Made by a program: the position numbers and the translations under genes. Below, piece after piece: positions 1 through 12,147 of a DNA stretch of 64,000 nt. The stretch's first letter is position 1; each line of letters opens with the position of its first letter. Origin of the DNA: Octopus sinensis (Eukaryota); NCBI RefSeq assembly GCF_006345805.1, contig NC_042998.1, positions 37,324,001 to 37,388,000 of the forward strand, read 5' to 3'. The notes beneath the pieces are model-generated. The model did not search any database, had not been told where the DNA came from, and was given only the letters and a program-made list of their open reading frames with translations.

Positions 1-288
1 TGTCACATTAAGGATGACCAGCCCACCTTCTGGGTCTACATAGACTATACTTGTCTGCAGAGCCAAGCCTTTTCGAAACAGTACTACTACACCCCCCCCC
101 CGGCTAGTAGACATGGTTTTCTCATTGTCATTCAGGAGGGGCGAGAAGGCTTGTAGACTGTCAAGCTTGGTCTATGTAGCAACCATCACATGCATATCGT
201 GTGATCTGAGGTCGTCGAGGAAACAAGCTTGCTTCCACTTCGAGCTCAGACCACGCACATTCAAACACCCAAGGTTAAGTGCAGTCAT
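1..288 (-). pseudogene. L1/Tx1-type LINE ORF2 N-terminus (APE endonuclease), disrupted; continues beyond window start
   Basis: Manual translation from ATG at 288: MTALNLGCLNVRGLSSKWKQACFLDDLRSHDMHVMVAT*TKLDS...SRGGGVVVLFRKGLALQTSIVYVDPEGGLVILNVT. It contains the APE motifs LNVRGL, (T)ET(K) with E replaced by TAG at 172-174, and GGVxxLF. Confidence 0.85.
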
Positions 289-329
289 TTAAAACAAAAG
301 AAAAGCAAGGGTTCTACTTACTCTGACTT

Positions 330-1634
330 TTTCTTATATTGGTGATCCTGGGGTTGACCTCACCACACGTGAGGCAGTTCTTTCCTCTTGCTCCTTCAAA
401 AACACCTTCAAATACCGCGGAAGGTCCGGGATGTTCGTGATGGTCCTCGGACGCCTATCCTTCGTTTCATTATGCAATTTTTCTGGTATCCAGGCACATT
501 TTTTTTTGTGTCTTCGGGCTGCTGCAACAGCTCCACGGTGTGGTGCTTTTTTTAAATGGCCATAATATATTTATCCCTGGTATCAAATTTTACCAGGGTT
601 TTTCTTCCGTCTTTTTTATTTCCTCTTCTGAGACAGTGGGGCGGGATCTTTTTTCTCGGTAGTGTGCTGTTTTTATTTTTTCTTTGTGGGGGATATGGAT
701 GCGGAAGGTGCATGTGTACTCTTTTTTATGGGTGTCTTGAACTCCCCCTCGGTCCCCTCCATGGTGTCTTCCAGAGGAATTGTTACTTCAGAGGGGGTGG
801 GTGCATTTGTTTCTGTCGGGACCGATGTGTGCATGGCCTGGGGTTTTTAGGTGTTTTGTTTGGGAGCGGGTGCCACAGATGGTGGGGTGGGAGTATTTGT
901 TTCCGTGGGGGCTAATTTATGTGCGGGTTTGGGGTCTTTTTCTGTTGTTCAAGGGCCTGATGTCTGGCAATATCTTCCCCCAAGAGCACTCTTTCTAGCA
1001 ACATTTCGATGTCTTGTTGCGTTCCTTGAATAATCGCAGAGATGCTCTGCCCTTGCCAATTTTGTGGGGCAGTGCATGTAATTTGGAGGAAGGTGATTTT
1101 GTCCGTCGTGTTATACAACAGGGTAGCCATAACTTCCCTTGCCTCAATTTCTGGTGGTACTTCGTTTATTCGGACGCGTGCTGTTCTCCTTCCCACGTAT
1201 GTTGTAAGCAGCACCAGCTCCTTCGTTTCAGAGGACTCACTTAGTGCTCTTGGGCTTTTTCGGCCGTCTCAAATCTGGCCTCTATTGTTCCATATGCCCG
1301 GCCCCTCGCTTTGTATTTTATATCTTTCCATATGGGGCCAGGCATTTTCTATTTCACCCTTTTTGAAGTGCTTGAATTTCTTCGATGAAGGACGGTACGT
1401 TTTGTAAACGACTGTCCTTCTCTTCAGATTTTCAACACTAGGGGAAGGTGAGATCTTTATATCCTCACCCTCTTCTTTCATTCTCTTAAAAAGCTCGGAG
1501 AGCTTCTCCGTTTCTATTATAATATTTTCAGAAGATACAGCGGCTACTGCCGCGAAGTTTTTTGCTGGCTCATGCAGCTGGTTCGTTTCTTGTATTATTT
1601 CGACTGATATATTCATTCGAAATAAACGATACAC
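330..1634 (-). pseudogene. Probable ORF1 of the same L1/Tx1 element, broken by stops/frameshifts
   Basis: Non-repetitive ORF pieces 1269-1634 and 912-1214 (LLTTYVGRRTARVRINEVPPEIEAREVMATLL) lie directly upstream of, and on the same strand as, the endonuclease start. The assignment is positional. Confidence 0.6.
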
Positions 1635-1684
1635 AATTTAATCCCAGAAAAAAATGAAACCTAATTTTTTTACTTTTTTTTGTC

Positions 1685-2045
1685 TTAACGAGGACAACAG
1701 TTCAAATCCCACCCCTGCTGGTGGGCGAGACGTAGCAACAAAGCCTACAACGTTCGAAATTAAATTTTTTTTTCACACAATAATAAAATATAGAATCCCC
1801 CAAAACGGGAAACGTATAATATTTTTCTTTTTTCCTCACAACAAGGACAACAGTTCAAATCTCGCCCATGCTGGTGGCGGATGCCACAATTGAGCCTACA
1901 ACGGCTAAAATTTATTTTTTCTCGCAATAATAAATTGCTTATCCCCCAAAAAGGTAAAACATAATATTTTTTCCTCTTAATGAGGATAACAGTTCAAATC
2001 CCACCCCCGCTGGGAGGGGGGCACGAAAATAAAGCCTACAACGGC
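1685..2045. repeat. Three diverged ~140-150 bp tandem units upstream of the L1/Tx1 ORF1
   Basis: AGGA(C/T)AACAGTTCAAATC starts at 1691, 1844 and 1983; each is followed by a GC-rich patch and AGCCTACAACG. Confidence 0.8.
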
Positions 2046-2645
2046 TTTAATAAGTTCAATATTAATAATATCAATAAGTTCAATATTAATAAGTTCAATA
2101 TTTCAACAATTACTTCTCCCGTCACCGGCAAAAAACACAAAAACAATTTCAACAATGTTCAACATTTCGAAAATATTCAACAATAAACATTCATCAATAG
2201 AAAAATTATCCACGTGCAACAAAACGTTTAACTCAGTGCCAAAAAACAACATGTCTATCCACGACAGAGGTTAGCAAGCCAATACATCTTTATCTTAATT
2301 CGAATCTTAGTGATAAACTCCGTTTCGAAATATGTGCATATTAACGACACTAAACTGAATCGATGAAATCAATTTTGACATGCTGAAATTCCGGATCGTG
2401 CACTGCAATTATATATATATTTTTTATATCCATATCCTTTGTTTTAAAAACTGTTTTCTAGTTTGTAATGCTTTGAACAGGAACATTTTTGACTAAAGGG
2501 CTAAACCTTAGAAATTTTTCATATCTTTTTCAAGTTATTTTTTTGTTGTTGCTTTTTCAAGATTCACTATTTATCTCCGCTTAAAAATGTAATGTTCGGT
2601 TAAAACAAAATTTACTCTCCCAAAGATTGGACAAAAAAACTCTCT

Positions 2646-3280
2646 TATAGGCTTTTGGCGCAAAATGCACGCATGTTTATATCGCTAGCGGGGAGATAAA
2701 TTTCCATCATCTCCAGCGTCAAGACTTCCTTAGTCGCATCACTAATGGACGGTTGACTGCTAGAGAGAGCAGTGACTCATCTCGCCGCTAGTAATATATA
2801 GAAAATGAGTGCCTGAACAGACACAGCTGTCGTGATTAGCCATTGAGTTTGTAAAAATATATTCGCGACAGAGGCAGTATTATTACCGAAACATAATATT
2901 TATCAGCAATTAAACAGGGATGGTTTGTTAGAACAAACTTTATCCCGGTCGAACCCATAAGAGAAATACTCAGAGAGGCTGAGCATCCACGATGAAGAAT
3001 AAAAACAAATATTACCTCTACTGCCTCTGACTCAAGTATATAATTTTTAACAAGCTCACTGCTTAATCGGGACACTAGCTGCCTCTTCGGGCACTGATTT
3101 TCAATATATCACTAGCGGGGAGGTGAGACGTTGCAATCTGTAATGGTCAAGCGTCCAACATGGATGAAACCAAAGAAGCTAGAAATCACGTGATTTGGTG
3201 ATCTTTGTGCTGGAGATCGTGGGCATTTATCTCCCCGCTACCGATGTAAACAAGCGTGTATTTTGTACCAAAAGCCTACA
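2646..3280. mobile_element. Foldback/MITE-like element with ~190-200 bp imperfect inverted arms
   Basis: 2646-2703 (TAGGCTTTTGGCGCAAAATGCACGCATGTTTATATCGCTAGCGGGGAGATAAAT) is the reverse complement of ~3225-3280. The inner segment 2775-2830 pairs with ~3073-3128. Confidence 0.65.
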
Positions 3281-3904
3281 TCAGAGATTCTCTCACGGCA
3301 TCTACCGCAGTTTAGTTTGTTTCTAACAGAGCATCCATGATTACGTGGTGGAAATAAATATGACCTCTCTGTATTAATACTGCCTTCATTTCTTCCCTTA
3401 TTTTCTCGCTATTCTGTCTCTGTCGCTCTCTCTTTCTCTTCTACCTGCTGCTCACGCGTGACCCGTGGGCAGCTTTCCTTCTTTCTCTTCCTTTTTCACA
3501 CCGACCGCCCAGCCATTCGGTCGCCACATGCTTTAGTATTTCTTCTAAGCGTTACCCACAATTCTTGTGTTTTTGACCCTTAGGCCGTATTTTGCTCGTT
3601 TCCTGTTTTTGTCTGGTGCCTTAAATTAAAATTTTTCTACCTTCATATGTCCACTCCGTGCTGGGTTGTTCGCGACTTTCACAAGCACCACCAATATGGG
3701 AAGTTCCCAACCTTACCCTCAATGGTGCGAAATGGAGTTTTACCGTTTTGGTTGATTACTGATGAAGCATTAGGAACCATAGCTATCTGTCTCCCGTCCG
3801 GTTGTACCCTCAATACACATATATGGTTTTTATCTGTCGTTGTTTATTCAATACACACACACGCACACACACATAAACACACACAAACACACACACACAC
3901 ACAC

Positions 3905-4004
<100 letters not shown>

Positions 4005-5238
4005 CGTTGAGGTTGTTTTAGTGAAAAAGTGAAACAGCTGAACCAAATTTCTGTGACGACTCAAAATGGCTTGTCTATAACGGGACATAATGATCAAATT
4101 AGAACCTAAATTTATTGTGCTGATTCTACAACAATCATCTTCAATGACATGCTAGCCTGATGTCCATGTGCATATGTGTAAGAGAGAAAGGGAGAAAATG
4201 TTTGTATAAGTGTGAGTGACAGAGAGAGAATGTGTGCGAGTGTCAGTGTTTCTGTTTAAGTTTTCCATTGCAACAATCTCTAAGGTATTTTGAAAGTGTC
4301 ATTTTGAGATGCATACAAAGTAAAAACAAAACAGTTTGAAAAGCAATACAGTTTCCTTTTAAATGTAACCTGACAAGATTTGTGGCAATTAAAATACTCT
4401 CAAATATTTTATGTGAAACCCTGGTGACCTTTTTATGCCGCTGAATGATATCAGTTATGAAGCAACAATTTTTCATTGGTATGGAAACGGATGTCATTTA
4501 TTCCCGCAAATATCTTATAAGACAACGGTTAATTCCAGTAGCATAAAACATACAGGAAATTTCAATTGCAAGAATCATGTTGGTAAGACCCTAAAACATT
4601 TGTTGTGTTTGGAGTTTATGATAACCATTTCAAACGAGGATGCCTTTAACATATACTCAGTCGGATTGGAGTAATGTTGGAAACTGCAGCTATTAATAAT
4701 GTGGAATAAAGAAAAGTAAATTAACAATTGCTTCGGCCCAAACTAATTGTCAGGAGATGTCTTCTTGGGGTCAAAGTATCGCAGCAGAGTCTGCTCGAAC
4801 GGACAGACATGTTAAAGTGGCTACGTATATAACTTGTCAGATTGTAATCCTCTCATCAAGCGGTATTAACTCCCATTTAGCAGAACAAGTCCAGAGTAAA
4901 ACATATCAAATATTTAAAAGATATATGAAAATTTTCTCCGTGCATTTCTATTTTAGACTCAGGTCAGCCATGAAGTATGAACAGCTATGACCCACTATGA
5001 TTATCATTTGACATTTTTACTCTGTGCTGTGTGAAAGGATTTTGACCCTGACTGATATTAAATCTTTAATTTTCGTTTCGATTTGAAGAGATTCATAACA
5101 ATTGTCACAATATCGATGAACATATATTAATAACTTTCTGGGTCTCTATTGATAAAAATATATACACATATAGTAAGCATTTCTTCAACTATTTTATGTT
5201 ATCACTTATAATTATATACATACATGCATACAAACACG

Positions 5239-5329
<91 letters not shown>

Positions 5330-5334
5330 TACAC

Positions 5335-5750
5335 GCTCACGTGGTCGCACCAGTTTTATCCTTTCTCCTCCTCCACTTCGAACTTTTCTTGAACAATTCT
5401 ACCTGGATTCTCTACCTGGACTTTCTTCTACTCTCCTACACCTGGACTCCTACACTTCGGCTGCACCTCTTCGACCCATGGATTACACTGGACTCTTTGA
5501 TGAGAAATCGCTCCAATACACCACGACGTTTGTACCTTTTGAGCTTTTCTAAAATTTTTGGACTTTCTGCCTTTTCCTTTTGTCGTTTAGCCACTAAGAC
5601 TTTTATTAATATTATTATTTTCTCTCCCTGTTTATTTCTGTGTTCCTTTCTGTCTAAGAGTGTAGGCTCGAAACGTAAAAGACTGTCTCACTTCCCGAGC
5701 GTTAAACTAATATATCTGTTTGTTGTTTACACATCCGTCTTCGTCTTGTA
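5335..5750 (+). mobile_element. Probable Penelope-type non-coding repeat fragment with a decayed hammerhead-like motif at ~5651-5683
   Basis: TGTCT-AAGAG...GCTC-GAAA-CGTA-AAAGAC retains GAAAC-GTA, a GAG/CTC stem II and GTCT/AGAC, but the CTGANGA core is incomplete. Confidence 0.35.
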
Positions 5751-6009
5751 AATTCTCACTATATATATATATATTGTTGCATGGTCATGTTGCTAATTTA
5801 GCATGTTTTGGGATGGTCATGTTGCTTAATATAGCTAATGAAAACGCACGCACTATTTATTCGGTATTCGGAAAAGCGGGACTTATTCCCTTGTCCCATT
5901 CTCATAATTGCATAATTGTTTCACTAATCCAACAGCAACAATATGTAGCACTTAAAACAGTTCTTGTTCATTTACAGACAATACCGAATCGTCTTACGAA
6001 AATTACTAG

Positions 6010-6125
6010 TATTTGCCAACATAACATGGCAGTCCTGGTTTAGCCAGCTGCAGACGATGTCTCCTGCGCATAAATTGCAGCAACATTCGTCCTAAACTAG
6101 GACTGCCATGTTATGTTGGCAAATA
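6010..6125. repeat. 33-bp inverted repeat with ~50 bp spacer
   Basis: 6010-6042 TATTTGCCAACATAACATGGCAGTCCTGGTTTA and 6093-6125 TAAACTAGGACTGCCATGTTATGTTGGCAAATA are reverse complements with one mismatch. Confidence 0.9.
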
Positions 6126-6360
6126 ATCTTTACATCTTAGATAGGATCTTGCTTTTAGGAAAGTCATGAATACCAAAATCGTGAACTAAATTACGTAATA
6201 ACATGCAAATTAGTTACCCGATAGTAACAATTCAAATAAAGTAGCCCTGAAAATGCCTTTAATGCGTTCCTAGAGTATATATAACTTTGGAGGAAATACC
6301 AATAAGGTATGTATACCAAAATCGTGCAGCACGTTACGTAATAACAGGCAAGTCGGATAT

Positions 6361-6420
6361 TTTTTCATTTCATTTCATCTAGTTTCAGCTCACGAGCTGT
6401 GGCCATGCTGGGGCACCGCC
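6361..6420 (-). mobile_element. 5'-truncated SINE 3' tail
   Basis: Minus strand GGCGGTGCCCCAGCATGGCCACAG...CTGAAAC followed by (TGAAA)n. It matches the 3' end of the full SINEs at 6740-7133 and 42570-42993 (GGCGGTGCTCCAGCATGGCC...TGACTGAAAC). Confidence 0.8.
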
Positions 6421-6436
6421 ATTCAAAATAAAGTAT

Positions 6437-6554
6437 GCCTACATCACCTAGGTTTCCCAAGCGGTCACCCATCTAAGTACTAACTAGGCTCGACGTTGCT
6501 TAACTTCGGTGATCAGACGAGAACCGGTGTTTTCAACGTGATATGGCCGTAAGA
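6437..6554 (-). rRNA. 5S_rRNA: 5S rRNA copy (118 nt), solitary, probably a pseudogene
   Basis: Minus strand TCTTACGGCCATATCACGTTGAAAACACCGGTTCTCGTCTGATCACCGAAGTTAAGCAACG...GTTAGTACTTAGATGGGTGACCGCTTGGGAA...GTAGGC is recognisable invertebrate 5S with internal boxes A and C. Helix I has two mismatches (T1-C and G8-A). Confidence 0.93.
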
Positions 6555-6739
6555 TATGAGATAATAATACTTCAAAGTAAGTAAGTTCTTCATGCAGCGC
6601 CTGTCAATTGGTTAAAGTGACATGAAGGGCATCGTCATTCATGGTATCTTCGTGAATGAATCACTAACCAAAACACGTGGATCTATTGTTTAATGATCTC
6701 AAGAAAGTGCGAAAATAATCCTGAGAGTTCAAATAGACG

Positions 6740-7133
6740 TACTCTTACTCTTTACTCTTTTACTTGTTTCAGTCATTTGACTGCGGCCATGCTGGAGCAC
6801 CGCCTTTAATCGAGCAAATCGATTCTTTGTACGCCCAGTACTTATTCGATCGGTCTCTTTGCCGAACCGCTAGGTGACGGGGACGTAAACACACCAGCAT
6901 CGGTTGTCAAGCAATGCTAGGGGGACAAACACAGACACACAAACACACACATATATATATATATATACATATATACGACAGGCTTCTTTCAGTTTCCGTC
7001 TACCAAATCCACTCATAAGGCATTGGTCGGCCCGGGGCTATAGCAGAAGACACTTGCTCAAGATGCCACGAAGTGGGACTGAACCTGGAACCATGTGGTT
7101 GGTTAGCAAGCTACTTACCACACAGCCACTCCT
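6740..7133 (-). mobile_element. tRNA-derived SINE, family A, near full length
   Basis: The head AGGAGTGGCTGTGTGGTAAG...GGTTCAGTCCC contains Pol III A/B-like boxes. There is an internal (AT)/(CA) tract, the GGCGGTGCTCCAGCATGGCC tail and a (GAGTAAA)n end. Homologous to 42570-42993. Confidence 0.9.
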
Positions 7134-7890
7134 AAAAAATGTAATATTTTGAACAATTGTTGCACAGTTGACATGGAAACAGTAAGTTAATGGTAAAATT
7201 TGCAAATAAGTTGTGGCATTGATATCTCCGTAACCCACGGTAAGATTTTACTCTAATTTGTGTTAAATGAAAGATCTTAGGTAGGTCTATGAAATGTCAT
7301 TAAATTTATATACTGACTCAGGACAGGGGTTAGAGTGAGAGTAAAATCACTCACCTTGTCTGACAACTTCTTGTAAGAAACTCCACATAATCTAGAAAGC
7401 ACACGTATTTATATAACGTAAGCACTGACAACCGGTCACTCTAATGATATGTTCTCTATAAGAAATGGGCGGAGAAAAAGTAAAGAAAAATGAATGTCTT
7501 ATTTCCCCTTGGCCGTTACAAAAAATAGATGGGTTATATCTGGACCCCCTTCTAGGGGCTCTAGCCGTCCGATTATAGATTTTTATTAAACTGCAATGAG
7601 CCTGGTATTAAAATGGATGTTGGTTTAACACGCGTAAAAGGCTACATCAAGATTCGTTAACGGGTGTTGACGACAACTTGACACAAAGGGACAACAAAAC
7701 AGACTGCCGTATATTATAAAAGAATACGAAAATGGGACGAGAATGCAATACAACACATCCAGACACTCAGATGATATAAGAAGTGGCAAGAAAAAACAAG
7801 GACGGGTCATTCGGAGTTTTATTTCGTCAGTCGAGTTACAGATCATCTTCGCAGATATATATATCTATATATATTTGTGTGTGTTTGATG

Positions 7891-8011
<121 letters not shown>

Positions 8012-8419
8012 GGGCTGTTTATTTCCCCGCAAGTTAGCGCCTCGGCTTATTCTCTCATTCTGATCCGAGCTTATAATGGCGTTAAGTCATAATGGGTCCT
8101 TAACCACTTAAACGGCAATTTAGCGAATTTGTGTTTCATAAAATAAATATATATATAAAATATGCATGCAGTCATTTACATGTATTACCACACAGGAGCG
8201 CACAAATATATACTCACCCACAATTATGCCTATGTTTATCTATCGATACATACTCCACCCTACTATATATATGTGTGTGTGTGTATATGTGTGGGTGTGT
8301 GTGCGTAAGTGTATACATATATTTATATTCATATATATATGTAATATATATGTTGATATTTGTATATATACCCGTTTTTAAATATATATATGAGTGTGTG
8401 TTGGATAACAGTTTAATTT

Positions 8420-9450
8420 AACTCCTCGTATAACTTAATATTTCGGAATGTGAAAAAATAAGAACTTCCTTGACCATTCGTAAGCAAAATGACGAGTAAA
8501 GTCAATGCTTTCTGTGATAAAGAAATTAACTCCCTTTGATTAGCTCGGGTGAGGTCGTTATAGTGAAAATTCATTGACAACTTCTCTGATATGCAAGAGA
8601 ATATTAATCTTGCTTAGTCATCATAGCATGGAATATGTTGCGTTAACAACATCAATTCTTAAAGCATCAGGTGGGAAGCGATGCCTTCAGCATTACAAAC
8701 ATACTTTAATGTCTGACTGTCAGTTGTGGCCTCGGATATGTTGTAATAATTCGTGAAAAATAGATGGAAGCTACTTAGTAATTAATGCGTGAGGCATGCA
8801 CACCTATGAGTGGCATGTTTTCTAAATCGTAGAAATACCGGAATGGGTTTGGTTACCCCAATACAGCCAAGAGGCATAGTGCAGCCCGATATAGAGTGGT
8901 ATATAGCGAATATCACCTGTCAATTATTTGAGGTACATCAAAACAGTATATCATGTTCGTCGACAACATGGAACGTCAATTCGTCTGCTTATACATACTG
9001 TTGGCCGTTGGAAGATGTGCATCCTTTCTCGAAAGCAAAGATGACCAATTGCGAGGCCTGTGCAAGTAAGATGTGGTTCTTTGTGTATATTCCATATGGT
9101 ACTGGATGAGATACGGTTGTGGTTACGAAGACTCCACATAAAGAAAGACAATGCAGTAGAGTTTTCCCTGTTCTTAGATATAGAATAATGCCTAAGTTGC
9201 GTGTATTTCCGTTGAGATCTTTGGTCGTGAATTTTTGATTGCAGCTGGAACGAGGTTAGTATGTTTATGAATATAAAGTATCACTTAGGTAGGTTTTCCG
9301 GAGATCTATTAAATGTATTCATGCTACCGTAACATGACCCCGACTGATCAATGAGGGTTAGTCTCTGTAATAGAGAAGCCGTTTTGATTTTACTCCCCAT
9401 TGCTTCCGAATACTGGAGGAACTGAATGAGCTTTCACGAACCGCTAAGTC
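8420..9450 (-). mobile_element. Possible highly decayed CR1/Jockey-group LINE fragment
   Basis: Only scattered motif remnants on the minus strand: an NLGIIL-like segment near 9190 and an LY...HYAS..WG-like segment near 8860-8915. Confidence 0.3.
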
Positions 9451-10702
9451 AAAAACAAATAATTCCTATAATGCATGTTGCGTTGAAGTCCCACTTCTAC
9501 ACAATTGCTCACTTATCTCACGGACACGCACGCACACACACAGACACAACAGACAGACACGCACACACATGAGCGTATATTTATGCGTGGGTGTTTGTGT
9601 TTGTGCGTGTGCGTGCGTGTATGTGAAAGAATCTGTAAGTGCATATGTATATATGTATGCAGGTATATGTACATATATATGTAATGTATATATATATATA
9701 TATATGAAAGCTTACAGATGTATACAGTCACACGTATCCTCCAGTATATATATGTATATAGATATGCACATGCATTTAGGTATGCATATGTGTCTATTTA
9801 TATGATGGATGCATTCGCAGTTTTTGTTTACCACATTGCACCCAAGGCGATGGTCGACGTGGAAATGTAGAAGATTTATTAATAGCAAAATACAAATCGA
9901 TATGCAAATTTTACTGACATAAAATTATTCGTATTTTTTTTTTATATTCGCAGAAGTTTTGACAATTGATGAAGCAGACCCCAACATATCAGAATACAGT
10001 GATAAAATCTAATAAACCTGAACACGGCAACTCTTGTCCCTTTCTTACAAATTTTACATTCATTCTTTACAGGAACTGTGCGTAAGGTATATGATAAATT
10101 ATTTCTTTGTTGAAATTATCACATTATATCCTGCAGGCATTTAGCAGTTACCGCAAGGTGCTGTTATTTCTTTCTCAACCCAGAGTGGAATATCAGTTAA
10201 ATAAAAATAAATGTTTTTTTTTCTTAGTTTTGCTCAAGCTATACATCATCTTTTAATTTCTAATGGCATGTTCTTGCCCCAAAATGTCTACTGCGAACGA
10301 ATGATGAAGATTTATTTATTCATTTGTTTATTTATTGCATAAGTAATTCCTTTCCAGCAGAATTATGCATGGAGTTATGTGTTTGTAACTCCCATCTACT
10401 TTGGTTGTAATAAAGTAGATGTAGATCGTTGAACCTGGTTCAGCCTGGATATCAATGGATGAATCAAAATCACAAAAATATAAACAATTTATATGTATCC
10501 ACGAATCTGAGGAAGCGAAATCCGAAATGTTCTTTTCTAATTTCTAGAAAGAATATCCATCAAGTCCACAAATGTCACACATGTCCGGAATATTCGAGTG
10601 AATATACCGTATATCTATCTCTCCCACATATTCTCGATCGTGATTTTGCTATCGCTCTCTTTTCTCCTTTTCTTACAATGTGTAAGAGCATCTAATTTAT
10701 AT

Positions 10703-10846
<144 letters not shown>

Positions 10847-11104
10847 GTGTGTATACATATATGTATATATATATATATATATATTAGAGGGAAACCACTA
10901 TGTGGACACACTTATGCTAGAAATGGATCCGCTATGGTCTTACCACTAAGAAATGTTCTCAAGAAAAATTTAGCGAAGTGGTTTCCCTCTAATATGTATA
11001 TAATACAATTTTACTGAACCTTCAGTTTTTTTATATGCTAGACCACTGGTGTGAAATCGATGTTAATTAAATTAATATCTAATTTCTTACCCTCATTTTA
11101 AATT

Positions 11105-11140
<36 letters not shown>

Positions 11141-11474
11141 CAGAAATAGTTGGACATGCCGTAGAAAGCAGGCTCACCCGTCTACCTACAAGTATTTGCA
11201 GGTATAGATCCAAGATAAGTGAATTCTAAATCCCCCCACGACTGCAACATGCATATTATAAGAATACTTGTGCAGTAAATGCTGTTCAGGTCAGGAGTAA
11301 GAATAATTGAATTGTTTAATTTTAATTTTATTTATTTAATTCATAATTGAATATAAGGATAAAAATTACGTTAATGATTTTAATCAGGTAGTCAGCATGC
11401 TATCAAAATTTACAGGCAACTTATACATTAAAATTAATAATAATATACATATTTATACAATTGTATTAAAAGAG

Positions 11475-11514
<40 letters not shown>

Positions 11515-12073
11515 GTATATATGTATATATTGGCGCGTTTGTGTATATATGTGTGTAAATGACCTTATTTACGTTACAGTTATCTTGATGGTCCTGCAGG
11601 TTAAGGGATCAGCAAATAGATTGTAATAAACAAGTATCATTTCCAATAATAGTTGTGTTCGAAAAAGAAAAAATATACATTATTCAATTCACAGTTTGCT
11701 TATCTCTGCACTATTCTGAAACACTCTACAATGAACACGGCATATCTCAGTTCTGATTGAGCTGGTGGATCTATTCTCGTGGTTGTAAATGTGACGTAGA
11801 TAGAATATAAAAATAAATTTTCCTCTTTTTATAAGTAGCTGAGTGTGTAATTAATAGTTCATACCACTTCTCAATTCTAATAGAGCACGTTATTTACAAG
11901 AATGTTTTTTCCATTTGCCAGGTAGAAATTTTAATTGTATCATTGATATAAGATACCTTACGCAATTCCCTATTCTGTAAAATAGCATGCAGCTTTGGGA
12001 TCATTAGAGTGGTATACATACATACATACATATATACATACACGTACATACACGCGCGCGCGCATATATATAT

Positions 12074-12147
<74 letters not shown>

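Noticed and set aside
3750-3800. CTGATGA followed by AGC...GCT
   Set aside because: No GAAA or cleavage-site context downstream.
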